Source: Cellvibrionaceae bacterium (lineage in GTDB: Bacteria; Pseudomonadota; Gammaproteobacteria; Pseudomonadales; Cellvibrionaceae). From it: a stretch of 64,000 nucleotides of DNA. Of this stretch, positions 58,880 through 64,000 are shown in pieces. The position numbers and the translations under genes are program-made. The stretch covers positions 2,318,550 to 2,382,549 of the forward strand of contig OZ243947.1 in assembly GCA_965214375.1 (NCBI GenBank). The letters run 5' to 3'. The stretch's first letter is position 1; the number at the start of each line of letters is the position of its first letter. The notes below the pieces were generated by a model. It was not told the origin of the DNA and made no database searches. It worked only from the letters and a program-made list of their open reading frames with translations.

Positions 58880-60711
58880 TTGATCAAATACGCATTTATT
58901 CTTGTTTGTGGTTTTGTTGTTGGCGCATTGCTTTTTGAGTATAAGCAGTATATTGCACACCAAATTCCCTCGCCTATTGCGGTTCTCCCTGATGGTGGCG
59001 TTTATGATGGTGAAATGCAAAAAGCCCAGTTTCATGGCAATGGTCGTCTAGTCTGGCTAGATAACAGTTATTACGAGGGTAATTTCGAGCAGGGTAGTTT
59101 TCATGGAGAAGGCGTCCTTCATACCGCGGGTTTTCTGTATGAGGGTGAATTTCAACAGGGTGTAGCGAAAGGCTAAGGCCGTATCGTTTATGCGGATGGA
59201 AACCAATACATCGGTCAGGTTAAATTTGCGGTGCCTGAAGGCTACGGTGTGATGGAATCAAAAAATGGCGATGTTTATAAAGGGGAATTTAAGGGCGGCT
59301 TTTACAGTGGGCATGGTGAATTGACCCGCCAGTCTGGCGAGATCTATGTCGGTGCATTTGAGCAGGGTTTGTTTGATGGTGAAGGTGTTTTTACCCGATA
59401 TCGAATAGCTCCGAGTGATAAAGCATCAAACACATCGGTACAAAAACTCAACGCGAATACTCCTGAAAAAGACAACAAAATTATTTACAGTGGTCAATTT
59501 TCCAAAGGACAATTGTCGGGCGATGGAGTATGGATAGATGGCAGTCAGCGCTATGAAGGGAAATTTCTCAATTGGAGATTTCACGGTGAGGGTTTATACA
59601 CGAGTGAAAACGAATCCTATGCCGGTGAGTTTGTGATGGCTTGTATCATGGCAAAGGCGTATATAAGAGCGTGAATGGCATGGCCTATGAAGGACAATTT
59701 AATCGCGGGCTATTTCACGGTAAAGGTTCATTGAGTAATGAGTTTGGAGATAATTATACTGGGCAATTTCGTTACGGACTCAAGCATGGTAAAGGTGAAG
59801 TGGTTTATCGTCAGGCTCTGGATGATATGGAAATTTTCTCCGGGGTTTGGCAGCAAGGAGAACTGATAGAAGCTTCTGATCCACGAATTGCGGTTATGCC
59901 CGCGCAATTGGCAGAGCATGCCCTTTATCAGCAAACACAAAAGTTAAATGACCAAATTAATGAATTGGATAATCAAAACCCTGAAAAAATAGATATGTAC
60001 TTTGTGGCGATTGCAGGTGATGGTAGTCAAGGTGTTTTTCGACGTGAAGTCGAATTTGTTCGGCAGCAGTTTGAAACAAACTATGGGGTGAGTGGGAAGT
60101 CTATTGTTTTGGCGAACACTCGGATCAATCATGAAAAATATCTACTAGCAACCTCAACCAGTATTGCAACAACCTTGCAAATGGTTGCTGAAAAAATGGA
60201 TCCTGAAAATGATATTTTATTTCTGTATATGACGAGCCATGGTTCTGCCGACTTTTATTTTTCGCTGGCTCAACCGGGGGTGTCACTCGGTGATATCAGT
60301 GCAGAAAAAGTAGGTAAAATTCTTAAATCATTGCCCGTGCGACACAAGGTCATAGTTGTCTCGTCTTATTATTCCGGTGGTTTTGTCCGGCCGCTTAAAG
60401 ATTCCTACAGTATGATTATTACGGCGGCATAGCCAGATAAGGTGGCATTTGGGTGCCATGAGCGTGCTCAAATGACATATTTCGGCGAAGCTTTTTTTAA
60501 AGATGCCTTGTCTCAGTCCAGTACGTTTGTTGATGCGTTTTACCGTGCACGTGATATTGTGCGAGGGCTTGAAGCAAAAAAAGGATATCCCAATTCTAAT
60601 CCATTAATTTTGAAGCCCAAGGCGATTGTAAGAAAGCTAAAACAATGGCGTTTGCAATTGCAAGAAGATGCCGCTGACAAGGTGTTGTCATCCGGCTATT
60701 TGATTAACTGA
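58880..60711 (+). pseudogene. MORN-repeat C13 (legumain-like) peptidase with two nonsense codons and a frameshift
   Basis: YxGxFxxGxxxGxG repeats; LYMTSHGS catalytic His; stops at 59174 and 60430; frame change near 59640. Confidence 0.85.
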
Positions 60712-60713
60712 GT

Positions 60714-61487
60714 ATGGCTGAATTTCTTTGGTACCAATATTGTATTGTTGGTTTGCTATTTGTTTGGAGTGGCGTTGTTCGTTCCGGTTTTGGTTTTGGC
60801 GGCGCTGTTTTTGCTTTGCCATTTTTGCTGCTTGTCGAAAATGACCCCTTACTCTTTTTGCCTGTTATTGCTGTGCATTTGTTGTTTTTTTCCTCTCTTG
60901 CGGTGTATCAAAACCATCGTCTTATAAAAAAGCAGAAGACCAGTTCCAGTGTGGATTGGCGATATTTGCGTAAAGCAATGACTATTATGATTATTCCAAA
61001 ACTGATTGGTGTTTTGGGCTTGGTCACCTTACCCTCTCATATTTTAAGTGCGATTATTTTCATTATTGTTCTGTTTTATGCGCTTTCATATATGTTGAAT
61101 AAACCTTTTGTCAGTCAGAATACATATGTCGATGGCATTTTTTTGGTGCTTGGAGGATATATCAGTGGTACATCCTTAATTGGCGCGCCCCTTATTGTGG
61201 CGGTGTTTGCTCGTCATGTTGTTAAAGAAAAGTTGCGTGATACTTTGTTTGTGCTGTGGTTTATTTTGGTGTGTATCAAAATGGCTTCGTTTATTTATTA
61301 TAATGTTGATTTGCAACTGCGGCATCATTTGTGGTTATTGCCCTGTGCAGGTATAGGGCATGTGATTGGCCTGCGTGTGCATGCTTACCTGATGTCTTCT
61401 GATACTGTGCGTTTTTATCGTATCTTGGGGTCAGTTTTATTGCTCACGGCAATTGGCGGCATTGTAAAAGAATGGCTTATTTTATAA
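60714..61487 (+). CDS. Sulfite exporter TauE/SafE family membrane protein
   Basis: RSGFGFGG, multi-TM and GGYISGTSLIGAP. Confidence 0.8.
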   Translation: MAEFLWYQYCIVGLLFVWSGVVRSGFGFGGAVFALPFLLLVENDPLLFLPVIAVHLLFFSSLAVYQNHRLIKKQKTSSSVDWRYLRKAMTIMIIPKLIGVLGLVTLPSHILSAIIFIIVLFYALSYMLNKPFVSQNTYVDGIFLVLGGYISGTSLIGAPLIVAVFARHVVKEKLRDTLFVLWFILVCIKMASFIYYNVDLQLRHHLWLLPCAGIGHVIGLRVHAYLMSSDTVRFYRILGSVLLLTAIGGIVKEWLIL

Positions 61488-61493
61488 TGCTAG

Positions 61494-62636
61494 TTAGTTA
61501 TTTTTTTTCAGTGATGCATTATCCACTTCAATACCTTTAACTTCTGCATCCAAAAAGCTGCGTATGCGGCGGGATAAGCGGTTCTCTCTCCATGAGGTTT
61601 CGTGAGACATTTCAGGTATGCGAACCATGGCATAACGTGTCACTCTTTTTCGTTTGGCAATGATTTGACGATGGCGAGCATATTGTTGATATTGCTTTTG
61701 ATGGGCGCTGAACAAATCAAACACTGGAATATCCGGATCTTTGAACCACTCAGTATAGGGTTCTTTCTCGTGTTTGAGTGTTTGGCTACCATTAAAGATA
61801 AGTAGCGCTCTAATGGGTTTTTCAAATCGGTCTTTTAGCTTTTTTTCGGTAATGTCAGGGGTAATACTTTGCATAAATTTCTCAGCATAAATCGCATTGT
61901 CGCCATTCCCCAAAATAGCAATATTAAATTGCCCCTGATCATGTAAAAATTTTAATGCTGCGGTTAGGCGAGTCTCAATTTTTTTGCTGAATTCATTATG
62001 TTTTGGTGAATTATCAACAACCTTTTCCGGTTTGGGCGATGGTTCCTCCGGTGTTGCTGTTGTTTCTGGTGAGGCCTCTTTTGTAGCTTTCGTGTCTTGT
62101 GATGTTTTGTCTGTAATTGCAGAAGGGTGCACTTTTGCTGGCAGTGTGCGTGCGGGGATAGCATCACGGGGCACCGCTGGTAGGCTAATAGCCAAGGTTG
62201 CCCAGCCATAATCCGGTAGAGAGTCGTGTAACGGTTTTGTTGTTTGTGGCCATGACGGGTGCTCTCCTTGTGCGTGTAATATCAACAGGGCGCCTTTGGC
62301 TTTGCCTGAACGATCTGCTTGCCAAATGGCAAAAAATGGCGGGTTATTATCAATCCAGCGTATGCTTTTTGACGAAAAATGTGAAGCCAGTTCTTTTATT
62401 TCCTTATCAAGGGTTGTGGTTGCAATAGGTCGATCAATACGACCATGTTGTCTTTGCGGGGTCTTTGCCGTCTGCTCTTTTTCGATGACAGTTTGCTCAG
62501 CGTTTTCTTCTTTGGTTTTTGTGCTAGTGTCAACGTCCTTAGGCTCTTGAGCCCAACTAGAGCACGATAATGCTAGGCTAAGAAAAGCCCATAGTATCAG
62601 CGAGCAGAGATTTATTTTATCAATCATTGTCTTCAT
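61494..62636 (-). CDS. DUF3530-like alpha/beta hydrolase-fold exported protein
   Basis: Signal peptide, GALLILH...[15 protein letters not shown]. Confidence 0.7.
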   Translation of the reverse strand: MKTMIDKINLCSLILWAFLSLALSCSSWAQEPKDVDTSTKTKEENAEQTVIEKEQTAKTPQRQHGRIDRPIATTTLDKEIKELASHFSSKSIRWIDNNPPFFAIWQADRSGKAKGALLILHAQGEHPSWPQTTKPLHDSLPDYGWATLAISLPAVPRDAIPARTLPAKVHPSAITDKTSQDTKATKEASPETTATPEEPSPKPEKVVDNSPKHNEFSKKIETRLTAALKFLHDQGQFNIAILGNGDNAIYAEKFMQSITPDITEKKLKDRFEKPIRALLIFNGSQTLKHEKEPYTEWFKDPDIPVFDLFSAHQKQYQQYARHRQIIAKRKRVTRYAMVRIPEMSHETSWRENRLSRRIRSFLDAEVKGIEVDNASLKKNN

Positions 62637-62724
62637 AACTATCAGTGTAGACTACTGGCTTGTGCATGGTTTGTTGATGCGTAATGAATTACAATGGCGC
62701 CTCTTTTTCTTGACAGGATACCTT

Positions 62725-63390
62725 ATGCAACCGTTTGCTATTGCGCCTTCGATATTGTCGGCTGATTTTGCTCGTTTAGGTCAGGAAGTGGATGCCGTAT
62801 TGGCCGCTGGTGCTGATATTGTTCATTTTGATGTGATGGATAACCACTACGTGCCTAATTTAACCATTGGGCCAATGGTGTGCTCGGCATTACGCAATTA
62901 TGGTGTAACGGCGCCTATTGATGTGCATCTAATGGTTGACCCCGTTGATGATTTAATAGCTATGTTTGCTGATGCGGGTGCGACTTATATTACGTTTCAT
63001 CCAGAGGCGTCACGTCATATAGATCGTTCATTACAACTTATTCAGCAAAAAGGCTGTAAAGCGGGTTTGGTGCTTAACCCAGGGACAACGCTGGAGACCA
63101 TCAAACATGTTTTTCCTCAGCTGGATATGTTGTTGTTGATGTCGGTTAACCCTGGATTTGGCGGGCAAAAATTCATTCCTTATACGCTGGATAAACTGCG
63201 TGAAGCCCGAGCAGCCATAGATGCGTTGGGTACTGATACTCGTCTTGAGATTGATGGTGGTGTGACGGTGAATAATATTGCCGAAATTGCAGCAGCGGGA
63301 GCAGACACCTTTGTTGCGGGCTCTGCTATCTTCGGTTCATCGGATTATAAAGCCACCATTTATGCCATGAGAGAACAGCTATCTGCCTGA
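62725..63390 (+). CDS. rpe: Ribulose-phosphate 3-epimerase
   Basis: [22 protein letters not shown] and [10 protein letters not shown]. Confidence 0.97.
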   Translation: MQPFAIAPSILSADFARLGQEVDAVLAAGADIVHFDVMDNHYVPNLTIGPMVCSALRNYGVTAPIDVHLMVDPVDDLIAMFADAGATYITFHPEASRHIDRSLQLIQQKGCKAGLVLNPGTTLETIKHVFPQLDMLLLMSVNPGFGGQKFIPYTLDKLREARAAIDALGTDTRLEIDGGVTVNNIAEIAAAGADTFVAGSAIFGSSDYKATIYAMREQLSA

Positions 63391-63397
63391 TGCTCTC

Positions 63398-64000
63398 ATG
63401 ATGCAACAAAAACCACTGTTGGTGAGATTTGATCTGGATGGCACCTTGGTTGATAGTGTGCCTGATCTGGCCATTGCCATTGATAAGATGCTTGTGGAAT
63501 TGAATGTTGCGCCTGCTGGTGAAGAAAAAGTCCGCCACTGGGTGGGTAATGGCGCGGTGATGTTGGTAAAACGCGCATTGATTGATGCCCACTTACCCGA
63601 TGATCCGGGTACCTGTGAATAAGGCGTTAACGCTATTCAAACAGTATTATTTGACGGGATGTGCCCAATATAAGCGCCTATATCCGGGCGTTTTGCCCGG
63701 TTTACAGCAATTGGCGCAACAAGGTATTTAGATGGCCATCGTGACCAATAAGCCGAGTGAGTGTGTTTTACCCATCTTGCAATCACTTGCCATTGATCGT
63801 TTTTTCTCCATGGTGGTTGGAGGAGATGATTTGCCAGAAAGAAAGCCTTCACCGTTACCATTACGATATTGTTGTGAGCGCATGAAGGTGGCACCTGAAG
63901 ATAGTGTCATGGTGGGAGACTCGGTCAATGATATTCATGCAGCACAGGCGGCAAATATTCCCGTGATTGCCGTCGATTATGGTTATAATCACGGACGAGC
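63398..64000 (+). pseudogene. gph: Phosphoglycolate phosphatase, disrupted, running off the window end
   Basis: [10 protein letters not shown]; frameshift near 63618; TAG near 63728; then VTNKP, KPSP and MVGDSVNDI. Confidence 0.88.

Noticed and set aside
58980-59800. Periodic GGT/GAA-rich repeats as a possible CRISPR or tandem array
   Set aside because: The periodicity is explained by protein-level MORN repeats. There are no identical DNA repeats with spacers.

Overview
64 kb of a gammaproteobacterial chromosome. The gene order resembles Pseudomonas/Cellvibrionales (inference; no search was run). Housekeeping blocks are intact: rpsU-yqeY-dnaG-rpoD-tRNA(CAT), tsaD-folB-folK, cca, galE, lptD-surA-pdxA-rsmA-apaG-apaH, amgK-murU, tcdA, maeA and rpe. 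Many accessory genes carry frameshifts or in-frame stops (RpiR regulator, SEC-C protein, msrP, msrQ, MORN/C13 peptidase, gph and others), as expected under relaxed selection in a host-restricted lineage, although assembly error is not excluded. Accessory content: (1) an acyl-CoA catabolic/TAXI-TRAP cluster at 1.5-10.5 kb; (2) a headless P2-like tail module with Com and a DNA methyltransferase at 11.6-21.8 kb, next to the tRNA 3' end, where an internal deletion fused a tail-fibre gene to the C-terminal part of the tail tube and a programmed -1 frameshift makes gpE+E'; (3) a CpxP-like/response regulator/kinase cassette inserted between yqeY and dnaG; (4) a candidate Leu-sensing ribosome-dependent attenuator in front of a DMT transporter; (5) an RpoE-ChrR module with back-to-back sigmaE promoters, a ChrR zinc-ligand Cys->Ser change and a furan/cyclopropane fatty-acid-type operon. 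No CRISPR array, rRNA, integrase, transposase or reverse transcriptase was seen.
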